Shown here: piece after piece, positions 13,496 through 25,554 of the stretch
Numbering within the stretch: position 1 is the stretch's first letter
Layout: each line of letters opens with the position of its first letter
Assembly (NCBI RefSeq): GCF_001194135.2
Contig: NC_068983.1
Coordinates: 79,452,057 to 79,516,056 of the forward strand
DNA: 64,000 bases
Reading direction: 5' to 3'
From: Octopus bimaculoides
Taxonomy: Eukaryota
Position numbers and translations under genes: made by a program
Notes under the pieces: model-generated
Seen by the model: the letters and a program-made list of their open reading frames with translations, nothing else
The model's database searches: none
Told to the model about the DNA's origin: nothing

Positions 13496-13710
13496 CTTAG
13501 TGTTCATGTTTGTCCCCCACTACTGCTTGACAACCAGTGTTGGTGTGTTTATCTCTCTGTAACTTAGCAGGTCAGCAAAAGGGTTCAACAGAATAAGTAC
13601 AAGACTTTAAAGCAAAAATACTGAGGTCAATTCATTTGGCTAAAAATTCTTCAAGGCAGTGCCCCACCATGGCACAGTCTAATAATTAAAACAAGTAAAA
13701 GATAAAGATA
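13298..13710 (+). mobile_element. tRNA-derived SINE, family B with internal (TA)/(TG) tract
   Basis: taggtgcaggtgtgggtgtgtggtaagaagc head, B box-like gggttcagtccc, tail cttcaaggcagtgccccaccatgg...aagtaaaagataaagata. Confidence 0.85.
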
Positions 13711-15504
13711 CTATTTTCATTCTTACGAAAATTTCTTTGCACAGTTGAAATGATAAATGCAACATGTATTTATAAGAAGTTAAAGATAAAGCGATTAAAA
13801 CAGATGTTTCGTCTTCACTGTCTACCTGTTCTAATCTAGTAGTGAAACATGTGTATCATGCTTTTGATAACTTTTTATATTGCTTCTTGACTATGTTTTT
13901 CTACCATCCTCTCAGCCAAGTAGAATAGTAACAGTTAAATGGGAAAGGTGTATTGAATTTTTGCCTTTGATAGTTTTTTATTCTCAAGAACAGTTAGGAT
14001 AGTTGGATAATATTGATACTCAGTTTTAACTTTTAAAGGTCAATTGTTAAGGGGGAAACAAGTTCAGTTGTTAATTCAGTTTTACATCCTCTGGATAAAT
14101 TGTAAGTCTACCATAAATATCATTTCCAAGAACATATATTGTAAGTGGTTGTTGATAAGCATTTTTTGGAAACTCACTTTTTCCTTGTACACTGAGGCAC
14201 TCTCTAGTTTGTACTGAGAAGTATTAATCATCATGTTGCATAGGTATAAATTCATTAATGACTCATCTGAACAAATTACTTAAGAAACTTAAGAATGAGA
14301 CACCAAAAAATCATGTTTTATTTTTACCAATGAATATTCAGCTCCAAGTTCAAATTCCACTGAGATAAACTTTACCTGTTTTGCTTTTGAATTTTACCCA
14401 TTTTGCTTTTGAAGCTGGTAAATGAAAGTACTGATTGAGAGTGTTGGATTGGCAGAACTGTAAGAACATCATAACCAAACATGTGACACCAAAAGGTTGC
14501 ATAGCTGGTTTTCATCTATGGCTTCAATTTCTGCCTAAACCAACTTTGCCATCCATAACTATTGGGATTCCTTTACCTCTTCGAATTCACATTTACAATT
14601 TGCAGCCAAGATATTGATGTTTATTCAATCTCGCTTTCTCTCTTCTCTATGAAGATGGGCTCTTGTTCTCCTTTAAAAGAGATTATTTTTTTCATTTCTC
14701 CCAGCAAATCAAATCACTGAATTTTTTTCACTGTTTTTCCTGTTTTTTATAAACTTTCAAGTATTTGATCCCTTTATATAGCTTGTTCATGTTTAAGAGT
14801 CAGTCAGGCAATTGGTAAATGTACTGTTTCCATAACAAAAGACAGTGGCTAGTTTTATGGTCATCGCTAAACTAAAAGTCAGAATGTGTCTTTACTTTTC
14901 AGTAAAGCTATTGAGCTAAAGAAACAGGATTCACTGCATATCACTGACAACAGTTTCAACTTAACAACCATAAAATCTCACTACAATTTCAAATTCTTTC
15001 CTCCTCGTTGCTTTTCCTTGCTTTAGTTTTCACTTTGACTTAATGTCTGTCATGATACGGAAGAAACAAAACACAGAAAAGTATTAAGTTGAGAGTTGAT
15101 GTTTGCATGCTAAATCTTAATAGATTCTCAGATAATTTTCACTGATATATGATGCATTCAGAATGTTCCATCCATTCTTATGTATAAACTGAAAAGGATA
15201 ATAAGTCCTGTAGTTGTCAAGTTCTATGCACATTAACAGTTCTGAACAATTTATTGCAATGTCATTATATATGAAGCTCAATATAGGTTGAACCTGAACT
15301 CTTTATTAATGATCATTGGGCGGACTGTTGTAATCTTTTATTCAAAGATAGGAATAATCTGCAAGTATCTTGTTACTTCCTTCTAGTTTTTCTGATTTTG
15401 CATGTTTTCTTAGAAAATAATTTATTCTACAGCTTCATTTCACATCCTTCTTTTTCAACCATTTATTATGATTATTATTTGTAGTAGTGGTGGTGGTGGT
15501 GTGG

Positions 15505-15705
15505 TATTAAGGTAGGGAGCTGCCAGAGTTGTTAACTCATCTATCAAAATGCTTGGTGATATTTCTTCTGGCCCTTTACATTCTGAGTTCAAATTCCACT
15601 GAGATTGACTTTGCTATTTACAAGTACCAGTTGAACACTAGAAATTATGTAATTAACTACCACCACCACGTAAAATTGCAGGCTTTTTGCCCAAAGTTTG
15701 AAAAA
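15505..15705 (+). mobile_element. SINE family C (core ttcaaattcc...gactttgcctttcatcc...aagtaccag)
   Basis: Shares its core with 19665-19875, 22283-22450, 14335-14420, 45010-45135 and 63135-63275. The core resembles Meta-type SINE central domains (recalled, not searched). Confidence 0.7.
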
Positions 15706-16449
15706 GTTATTTTTGTTGTTGTTGTTGTTGTTATCATCATTATTGTCTAACAGGATATTTTTTTAATGAACTTTTAAAATTAAAATATTAATTCATAACA
15801 TTGGTACAAGGCCAAAATTTTGGAGGGTGAGTTAGTAGATTAAATTGATCCCTTGTACATTTTTTCCTAAACCAGTTAGAGGGAAATGGGTAACTGTTGT
15901 ACTGGAATCAATCCACTGATCTAGTACAGACAAGGTTCAAAGGTACTAAGGAACCATCCACATTTTCAGCAAGTGGTTTATGCCAGAGATCTGTCACTGA
16001 ATGAAAGTGATATAGTGTGGGTTTTTGCTACTCTGTATAATAACCACTTCCTTAAACATACCTTTGAATAACAGATGTATACGAAATATATAAAGCAATC
16101 ACATGTATATAAAGTGGTTATCCTGTGTTGTCTGCACACCCTACCTACCATATCATTGCTGAACCAGATACCTAATCAGAAAGTAGATGTTTGTATTAGA
16201 TACAGTTATGCAGCTGTTGTTGGTGATCGTGTTGTTTCACATCAAGTCAGCTATGATTGTACAGACCCATTAATCAAAGGCATTCCAGCTGCAACTATCC
16301 TGTTTTTTAAAACTTTTTTAAAATTAGTATATCTATCTAGTACTACACAATTCTGTCCTTCCTTTTAAACACAGAGGTGTAATTTGTATGATATTTGGCT
16401 GCTTTCTATAAAAAGTAAAATGAACAAGTGGTTCCTGCATTGGATTGTA

Positions 16450-17060
16450 TAGGGTGTTGCATGAAAAAGTAGCCTAGGTTTCATAGTATAGTGTAAATAC
16501 AGAAATAAATTCATGCAAGTATCATTGTGTTATTTCAACCACTTGTAACTGCTGAAAGATGATGCACTAGTCTGCTGTTTGCTATCTTATCCTCACCACA
16601 TCCTCACTGCTTTTGCTGATTGTAAGATTCATTTAGGGAAAACCTCTAGCCCTTTCTACAAGATGATATACTTACTTGTGGAGAGTTGAGTTTGTGGAAG
16701 TGGATGTGAGAATGGGTTCTGTTAAGCAAACATGTGAAATTTTTGAAGTTTCCAGCTTACTGGCAAAGAGAATAATACAAGTGTTGGCTAAGATTTGGCA
16801 TGCTATGGGGTCAGAGCACAATGCCCCAGAACAAAGAGACCCTACAGTTAGAATGCTGGAAGTTATTCAGGACATTCACCAAAGGATTACCGAAAGTCCA
16901 AAGAAGTCAGCTTGTAAATTAGCACAGTAGTCTCACATAAGCTGGAGGTCATGCGAGTGAGTGCTGAAAAATCTAAAGCCATATTATATCACATGTGTAC
17001 AGCAATTAAAAGTGGATGACAAGAGCTAATGAGTAAATTACTAAACATGGTTTCTGAATA
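16450..17060 (+). pseudogene. Tc1/mariner-superfamily transposase N-terminal remnant (DUF4817-type HTH)
   Basis: Translation ...RVEFVEVDVRMGSVKQTCEIFEVSSLLAKRIIQVLAKIWHAMGSEHNAPEQRDPTVRMLEVIQDIHQRITESPKKSACKLAQ*SHISWRSC, then KPYYITCVQQLK. This fits the SPxKSxRKLS...KPY pattern of the family. Confidence 0.7.
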
Positions 17061-17389
17061 GCAGTTATAGGAAGTTGAAATAATACAATGACACTTGCAA
17101 ACAAAAGGCTGGGTGCTATTTTGGTGGGTGTAAATTTATTTCTGTATTTACACTATGCTACAGAACCCAGGATATGTTTTTGTGTTCCATCTTGTATAAC
17201 TAAGAGTAATTTATTTAAAAGATTAAAATTGACTGTATTGTGCACAAATCTCCTTTGTGTCTCATCAATAGTTGAATCAATAGTTAAACTCACATTTAAG
17301 TTTCCAAATGATAAATAAAAGTAGACAAATATTTAAAATATGACTTCAGAACTATTACAGGAAAGTTTAATATATCGATGTATCTATTC

Positions 17390-17710
17390 AATATTCACAT
17401 ATGTTGACCTTTACAAATAGAGAATCTCCAATGAACAAATTGTTGACTCCTTGACTTACAGTACAAGAATTCATATTCCATCACTGGGGCCTGATTATAT
17501 TTTATTGAAACCAAGCTAAATTTAAGTACATCCTCATTGTGTCTTACAGAGTTATGTACCAAGAACATGAATTTCATCCAATTATTGAAAAACAATTTTA
17601 TAGCTTGAATTCTAATTCATATAAGTATTGCATTACAAAGTCTAAATTTCCTTTTCAGAATTAGAAAATACTTAAACCCTAAAGAGTTACTGGCATTATA
17701 TAAAACTTAT
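17390..17710 (+). mobile_element. Decayed CR1/L2-clade LINE RT C-terminal fragment
   Basis: ...FLFRIRKYLNPKELLALYKT resembles the KLGFLFRxRKYxxPxQLLxLYK motif after the RT domain. Confidence 0.45.
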
Positions 17711-17797
17711 ATGCACACATGTGCTTGCATGCACGAACATGCACACAAACACATGCACGCACATACATTATTTCCTCTGCGTTTAGAACAATAGACC

Positions 17798-18231
17798 TGC
17801 ACATTCAGCTAAATTCTGAACTCCTACAGGGAAAATAAAGTGTTCTCTGGATCAACACTCATACACCAACACTCTCCTTCAAACTGTTCCTCAAATCGAT
17901 GAAATAGATTCTATATAGTTGCTTGATATGTGAAAGAGCATATTAAATTACATAGTTCTAGATATCCTAGCTACACTATGTCTGGTAATAAGATGGAGAC
18001 AGCTGGAACATTCTTAACCATAGGTCAGCTCAGGCAAAGTAACCTAGTGTTAAGTAACTTTTTCATTGCTCTGTGGTTACCTCTGATGGAATAAAGAGCT
18101 GGTGTTAATAAATACCTTGTGGTATATATTCCCCCTGAGTTATGTCACTTGAAGCCCTTCAATAAATAGTGACTAATAAAATAAGTACTAGACAATGTAT
18201 TGGAGTCAATTTAATTGACTAAAAGCTTTGT
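17798..18231 (+). repeat. Donor copy of a local about 430-bp duplication (second copy at 20063-20668)
   Basis: Near-identical sequence from tgcacattcagctaa to gactaaaagctttg. Its right part is a family B SINE tail (about 18115-18290). Confidence 0.95.
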
Positions 18232-19207
18232 TTGTGGTACCTCAGTCTAGTCACTCAACAATTGGAAACTAGTAAATGAATGAAAGAATATTGTTTCCCC
18301 ATCAAGTTGTGTCCTCTCTCTCTCCCTCGTTATATAATAACTACAATAAATTACAACATATATTGTCTGATCAATAGTGTAATCAAATTCTAACATTGTC
18401 TCTTCAATTCTCATATGTTTCTAAAATGATTTCCTTTGCATATGTTAATATTATTACTTGGTGTGTTGAAAAATGTTTCCAGTTTGCTGTGGTGCTTTAA
18501 GTGAATTTAATGTACTGTTTAGTATCTGCGCTGAAGAAGGACTTCTTAATTTAATTTTCATTTTTTTTTCTTTTTGGAGACACTAATATGTGTTTAGAAT
18601 GTGGTGATTAAAACTAATAACTTTAAAATCTTCATTAAATATGTATTATTTCTTTTTATCTCTGATATTTTCTTAGTAAAATCCCTGGTTTTATTTTCCT
18701 CTATAATATTTACATTTTGTTGAGCTCCAAACTAATTTTTTACTATTATGCTTTTTGGAAGAAGAAAAAAAAAAAAACCTTTGAACTGTTTTGATTGTTC
18801 ACTTTTTCTTGGTGTATTTTTTAAAGTTAATTTATTGATATTTTAGTTAATTCTTTATTAAAGGGTTTTGTTTATTATTCTTTTTTTGCTTATCAACATT
18901 TCTGTGGTAGCTACCAAGTAATATCTTTGGTCAGATATTGACAAAAGCCATGCAGCAAACCAATAGCCACAGTAACTTGATTAGTTTCAGAATTACAAAA
19001 GAATAACATTACTCTTCTATGAACAAACTGTCTTTTAGATCCTTCACTGTTAATGTTGCTGAATAATAGAGATATTAAATGTGGCTATTCAATGTTTATA
19101 TTAAATTTATGAATTGTTTGAGAAAAAGTTTAGGTTTTCATTTTCTGCTTTAAAATATATTTGAAAGCCACTGTAAATTTTGTTATTCTTCTTTCCTTTT
19201 CTCTTAG

Positions 19208-19336
19208 ATGCTTGCTTCCACACACAACAAAACAAGTCCAAAGGAACATTTCTAACCTTTTAAGTAATACACAGCCAGCCATTGCTAACAAAACCATCGC
19301 TTTATATTATATAATCTTTTTTCAAAACTTTCAAAG
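19208..19336 (+). CDS. Candidate internal coding exon (129 nt, phase 2-2): CLLPHTTKQVQRNISNLLSNTQPAIANKTIALYYIIFFQNFQ
   Basis: Long polypyrimidine acceptor ttgttattcttctttccttttctcttag and donor aag|gtgaga. Length is divisible by 3 and only one frame is open. Product not recognised. Confidence 0.4.
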
Positions 19337-19664
19337 GTGAGATAAAATTAGATTTACATCACAATAATTATATGGATATTTAATTAGATGATGATCTTGG
19401 AAGAAAATGTCAATCTGTCTACAATGGTTTGGACTTAAGTAAACAAATATTATAATAATAATTATCTCTGGCCTTAGCCAACTGTTTAGATTGCTTAGTT
19501 AGGTTTTCAATTAATGGCTAGAAATCTATAAATATATGTATTTTGGTTAAATTCTTCCATCCTAGAACAAATCCAAGTTGTGAAGGTCAATTTCATCAGC
19601 TCTCACTTGACCAGAAAGACCATCACCATCCTCCTCCTACTCATCATCATCATTTATTGTTATT

Positions 19665-19875
19665 ATTTGGGCCGCAAGCTGGCAGAACCATTAGCATGCC
19701 AGATAAAATGCTTAATGGCATTTTGTCTGTCTTTACATTGAGTTCAAATTCTGCCGAGGTTGACTTTGCCTTTCATCCTTTCAGAGTCAATGAAAAAAGT
19801 ACCAGTTGAGTATTGGAGTCAATGTAATTGACTTATCCCCTCCCCTGAAATTGCTGGCCTTACACCAAATTTTGA
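19665..19875 (+). mobile_element. SINE family C
   Basis: gagttcaaattctgccgaggttgactttgcctttcatcctttcagagtcaatgaaaaaagtaccag core. Confidence 0.8.
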
Positions 19876-19878
19876 AAC

Positions 19879-19879
<1 letters not shown>

Positions 19880-19927
<48 letters not shown>

Positions 19928-21620
19928 TCGTCTTCTTTTTATCACATGCTTTCACTGCACTACTGAGATCAGCTCTGTGTGCTTTGGGTATGTGTTGTAG
20001 CTTGTTGTGGTGCTCATATTTTCACTGTATTGAAAGTGCAGGATGTAGGATGTGCCTAGTAGTGCACATTCAGCTAAATCTGAACTCCTACAGGGAAAAT
20101 AAACTGTTCTCTGGATCAACACTCATACACCAACACTCTCCTTCAAACTGTTCCTCAAATCGATGAAATAGATTCTATATAGTTGCTTGATATGTGAAAG
20201 AGCATATCAAATTACATAGTTCTAGATATCCTAGCTACACTATGTCTGGAAATAAGATGAGATGGAGACAAAAAATTCTTTCTAATCGATGTACCAATAC
20301 CAATGGATGACAATGTTTCTCTAAAAGAAACTTAAGAAAAGAGTTAACTCGAATGTGGAGCCTAAAAACAAAAACATACAAAGCTTTTAGTCAAATTGAC
20401 TCCAGTACATTGTCTGGTACTTATTTTATTAGTCACTATTTATTGAAGGGCTTCAACCGACATAACTCAGGCAAAGTAACCTAGTGTTAAGTAACTTCTT
20501 CATTGCTCTGTGGTTACCTCTGATGGAATAAAGAGCTGGTGTTAATAAATACCTTGTGGTATATATTCCCTCTGTGTTATGTTGCTTGAAGCCCTTCAAT
20601 AAATAGTGACTAATAAAATAAGTACTAGACAATGTTTTGGAGTCAATTTGATTGACTAGAAACTTTGTATGTTTCTGTTTTTAGGCTTCACATTCGAGTT
20701 ACCTCTTTTTCCAGACCTTTGTATTTTGAAAATTTCTCAGTTTCTTTTAGAGAAGCAATGTCATCTGTTGGTATTGATACATCGATTAGAAAGAAGTTTT
20801 TGTCTTGGTGATTTCTGACAACTATATCCAGCCTATTTGCCCTTGATTTCTCTATCTGTGAGTATTGGCATATCTCAGAGTACGGTTGCTATCTCATTTT
20901 CTGTGAGCTTTTCTGGTGTTCACCTATACCATTTTTTTTCTGTTGTTATTCCATAGTGTTAGCATAGCTTCCAGTGAATATAGGTCCCAACTCTGTCGTG
21001 TCTGTGAAAATCTTCTTTCTTAGTCAGGACTCGGCAGCCAAAGACAAAATGATTTATTGTTTTGTCTCTATTACCACACATTCTGCAGTTACTTGTATTT
21101 CTTTCCATTATGTGTTTTTGGTGATTTCTTATCGGAAGGCTTTGATCTTGTGCTGCAATTAAAAATCCTTCAGTCTCTGCTTTGAGTCCTAAGCTTCTCA
21201 GCGATTGTTGAGATTTTGCTTTGTCTATTTAATTTCTGTTTGGCTTACCTCAATATTTACCATGAAGAGGCTTTTCTTGTCATCGTTTTATCATGGTTCG
21301 TTGCTGTTCCACTTTTAGTTTGGATTTCAGTTGTTTTACAGCTTTTGTTGTTTCTTCTTTTTCTTCATAGTTGTTAGGTACTATGACTTCTTTTTTGTAT
21401 TTGTCAGCTTCGTTAAAGACTGAAAACAGTTTTTCTGTTTTGTTTGTGTTTTGTAGCTATTTGTATTAGTTTTCCTTACTTCTGAAGTAGGTATTTCTCT
21501 AGTCCTTTGATCATTATCTTGCAATAGTTTTCTAGCTGTATAAGGCTTTTACCACCTTCGATACAATGTATATATAGCTGTTCTATGTCAGATTTTGGGT
21601 AGTGCATCCTAAATCCTGTC
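19880..21620 (-). mobile_element. R4/Dong-like non-LTR retrotransposon 3' part (element A), interrupted by the 20063-20668 insertion
   Basis: Minus-strand translation: RMHYPKSDIEQLYI, GLKAETEGFLIAAQDQSLP, CRMCG...INH...GC (CCHC), RHDRVG.YIHWKLC, then the RLE domain NRLDIVV...LIDVSIPTDD and CALLGTSYIL. The 3' UTR ends in (TAA)n at 19880-19923. Confidence 0.85.
20063..20804. repeat. Templated insertion: copy of 17798-18231 plus internal inverted duplication (arms 20266-20470 and 20572-20804)
   Basis: Sequence identity with 17798-18231. The left arm gacaaaaaattctttctaatcgatg...cataactcag is the reverse complement of ctgtgttatg...aagaagtttttgtc. Confidence 0.9.
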
Positions 21621-21634
21621 ATTATTTATTGTTG

Positions 21635-22240
21635 TTATTATTATTATAGATGTCACACAGTATACAATATCATGATGTTGTTGATTGAAGATATTGTGTC
21701 TACCAGGGATTTGTACTGTTTGTCATGCCATGGATCTCAGTGCTTTATGCAATATGTGAGCAGTTCTAAGTAATGCCAACTTTTGCAATACACCTAGATT
21801 ATAGGGTATTTCTAAAGTTTCCAGATGTTTCTTCAGGTTGAGTTGTATTGAACCCAGTGCACCAATGACAACAACAACAACAACCTTTATGTTTGACTTG
21901 CGTAGCTGGCACATCTTAGTGATCTCAAGTCTCAGGTCTCTATATTTATCAATTTTTCTCTTTTTCTTTCATGATAATATGTTGATCTCCTGGCACTACC
22001 ACATTGATTATTAGGCACTCTTGTTTGTCCCTCCTAAAAGTTACTATATCCAGCCTTCAGTGCTCTAGCACCTTGTCTGACAGGATGTCAAAGTCCCAAT
22101 GGATTTTTGCCTTTCCCTTTTTGACCATCACCTTTTCTGATGTATGTTGGTACCAAGCACCTATTACCTCATATCGCATAGTAGCCAGTGAAGGTTTTTG
22201 GGCTCCCTTGTTGTGTCTGCACTTGTACTCTTTCTGCACA
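21635..22240 (-). mobile_element. R4/Dong-like LINE 3' fragment (element B), RLE domain
   Basis: KEYKCRHNK...WYQHTSEKV...KIHWDFDILSDKVLEH*RLDIV...EKIDKYRDLRLEI...VVIGALGSI...LQKLALLRTAHILHKAL, with a short (TAA) tail near 21640. Confidence 0.85.
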
Positions 22241-22282
22241 AAGCTTTTATTATTATTATTACTATTATTATTATTATTAAGA

Positions 22283-22450
22283 CAGTGAGCTAGCAGAATC
22301 TTTAGCATACCAGGTGAAATATTTAGTAGCATTTCGTCCATCTTTACACTCTGAGCTCAAATTCCACCAAGGTTGACTTTACCTTTCATCCTTTTGGGAT
22401 TGATAAAATAAGTACTTGTTGAATATTGCTTGCCTTGTGCCAAAAATCTG
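22283..22450 (+). mobile_element. SINE family C after a (TAT)n tract
   Basis: gagctcaaattccaccaaggttgactttacctttcatccttttgggattgataaaataagtac. Confidence 0.8.
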
Positions 22451-22769
22451 AAATCATTATTATTATTTCCGTTGGTATCGTTGCTTTGTTTTGTACAAGC
22501 TTTACCAAATCACAACCAGAGATCTCAAGTAACAACAAGTTGAACATTTTACTGTTGATATTGTTTATGAGTAGTTACTATATTTTGCAAAGGAAAGGAG
22601 ACCAAATTAAGACTTCATTAAATTTTTGTTGTAATATTTTTTATTTTGAAACAATTTAAAAGATTCTGATATTTTCAGATTGACAGTGCTTTTCTTAGAA
22701 TGTAAATTTTATTTTTTTCTGATACTTTTGGGTTTCATGGAATTTGATCATAGTGTTTAAGAGCGTTGT

Positions 22770-23480
22770 TTGGTATTATCCCCAAACCTTTGCTGATAAT
22801 AGGTGCATTTGTTGTTCATAGATGCCACAACTTTTGAAACATCTATTTCTAGATACTAGTATTTACTTAACTTTACAAATGTTTTCACAAACGTTGCAGT
22901 CTGTTGAGATTAACATATTTAAGAGCAAACATGTTCTGTCAGTGTCATTTTCCACCACAATATATCATCTTTTGACCAGAATAGTTTGATCAGTTTGAAG
23001 TCCCCAAGAACAGTGATGTCTTTATTTTCTCTTACATTGGATGACTTATATTCCCACCAGCTTCTCTCATATAGATATCCAGATTAACAGCATATGATCC
23101 AGTGCAAATAAAAAGTATTTCATGGCAATTAGTATACCCCTTTGAGACTAACATAGGGTAGCCAGAGATGAAGTGGCTAATAATTTCTCTGGCTGTACTG
23201 CAAAAGTGGCTGGTAGAACTAACAGCATTTTAAAGAATATTGGCTTGATAATTTACAGTAGACAGACACTGATCCTGAGCTACTTTATTGAAGCCTTTTA
23301 TTTCTGATTTAAGCCCAGATGCAGACAGCCTCTGATGTGTCATATTTATATCAACCTTAGACTCACTGACTTTTGTTGGGTATTTAGCACATAATGCCTT
23401 ATTTTTCCATCTATTACAAAGCTCTGAGATTCCATTATATTCGGTCTGTGCTTTTATTTGTTTCACTTTCACTTTCACAG
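22770..23480 (-). mobile_element. Older R4/Dong-like LINE 3' fragment (element C)
   Basis: WKNKALCAKYP...LSASGLKSEIKGF...AQDQCLSTVNYQANILK, followed by decayed CCHC and RLE motifs (LSKY*YLEIDV). Confidence 0.7.
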
Positions 23481-24859
23481 TGGTTCTGTTACATTTAGTT
23501 GCGCCTCAGTCTTGGTGATTTTTAATTCCTTTACATATTTTGTTGTTTCTTTTGATATTGAGTGTATTTTCTTGACACTCTCATGTTTTCAAATAATTTC
23601 AAGCATCTACTCATTAGTATTCTTTAGATAGGTATCTAATCCTATGATTGCTGTTTTTAGAGACAGCTGCTGGCGTCTTGAGCTGTTGTTTAGCCTAAGA
23701 TGAGTCAGTCCTGATTAAGCAGACTTATGATCAAAATGCATTCACATCATGCTAATAGTCTTATTTTCAGTCCTAGTGTACCCCTAACTTCAGTGTATAA
23801 ATCCTCTTTCAATATAATAAAGTGTAGTTTGACTGAAGTTTAGCTGTTTGAGCAACTGCATTGAGACTCCCCCATGGGCTCATGGGACTTTTTTCATAAA
23901 AAAATCTTGATCTGCTGTTTGGACGTCCATCCAACACAGCAAGCATGGTAAAAAAAAAATTAAAAGATACTGGCTAGTACTGAAGATGGTGATGATGACA
24001 GTGATGGTGAGGAATGTTACACTGTATGAATTACAGTTCCTTAGATTAAATTATTATGCATGCTTTGTACACATTTACATCCTGCCAGCCTCTTATCTTT
24101 GCTGAAATCACTGTTCAGTTAAACCATGTTTTTTTTTTTGCCTTTAAGTAATCATCATTGTGTAATTCAATGTTATCTTATGACCTATATTAAATTTGTA
24201 ATTAATGTAACAGTTTCATTTGGCTAGTTCCTAATCTGCTTTATGGTACTTCATTTATAATTATACTTTGTAATTAATGAGTTTGTTATAATTAGTTTGT
24301 TATCTGGTTTGTTATGGCAATTCATGCAGAACATTTTGAGCTGAAATCTGTGGGTATATATATACATGTTTATAATGAACTATTCATTTTTTTACATGTC
24401 TGTTCATTTTTCATCTATTTTCCATGCTAGCATGGGTTAGATGGACACATATTACTGAAGCTTTGTTTTACAGTCACGTGCCTTTCCTATTGCTAACCTT
24501 TGCTTATCAAGCATTTTTTTTTTTTATTCACGTTTTTGAAAATGGACTATTAGACAAAATTTTATCAGAAAAGTTTCAACAAACTTTAAGATTTGTATCT
24601 TATCATTCTATGAATGTTTACATTCCACAGTATCTAAACATTCACATGCAATAACACTTCACAGAATGTAAACAAACACATGCACATGCACAAATATACA
24701 TGTAGATGACAGGCTTTGCATAGTTTTCATTTACCATATCTATTCACAAGGCATTTATCAACATGGAGCTACAGGCTGAAAATGTTAAAGACTTTAACTT
24801 TTCTTGTGCATTAAACTAATATACCTTATTTGTTGTTCTTTCAACTTGTCCTTGGGTAT

Positions 24860-24914
24860 TTTTGGACCATATATGTGTGTATATACTCATGCATGTATTT
24901 GTGTGTCTGCATAT

Positions 24915-24947
<33 letters not shown>

Positions 24948-25035
24948 ATACAATATTTATACGTGTGTATATGTATATATACATGTGTGTGTGTGTATTT
25001 TCATGTGTGTCTGTGTATTTTCATGTGTGTCTGTG

Positions 25036-25066
<31 letters not shown>

Positions 25067-25420
25067 NNNNNNNNNNNNNNNNNNNNNNNNNNNNNNNNNN
25101 NNNNNNNNNNNNNNNNNNNNNNNNNNNNNNNNNNNNNNNNNNNNNNNNNNNNNNNNNNNNNNNNNNNNNNNNNNNNNNNNNNNNNNNNNNNNNNNNNNNN
25201 NNATATATATATATATATATATAAAATACAATGTATATTTGTGTGTATATGTATATATACATGTGTGTGTGTATATGTGCATATATATTCATACATGTAT
25301 TTTTGTCTGTATATATTAAACTATGTATGTGCATATATGTATATATATACGTGTGTGTGTGTATGAAAGTACATACATATATATGTGCATGCATCAAACT
25401 GGTGTTGTATTTAGTGTAAA
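24860..25420. repeat. Complex TA/TG satellite around an assembly gap (N 25067-25202)
   Basis: Direct reading; similar aatacaat...gtgtatatgtatatatacatgtgtgtg blocks lie on both sides of the gap. Confidence 0.9.
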
Positions 25421-25554
25421 CATGTAGTATAAACATTCAAACATTGTCATTAACTTTGCAATTCCTGCTGCTTTACACATGAAAATTTTGGTCTGAAAAA
25501 TCTGATAGACCAAATTAGGAATGGAATGTGTATTAACACAATTGATTAGATAGA

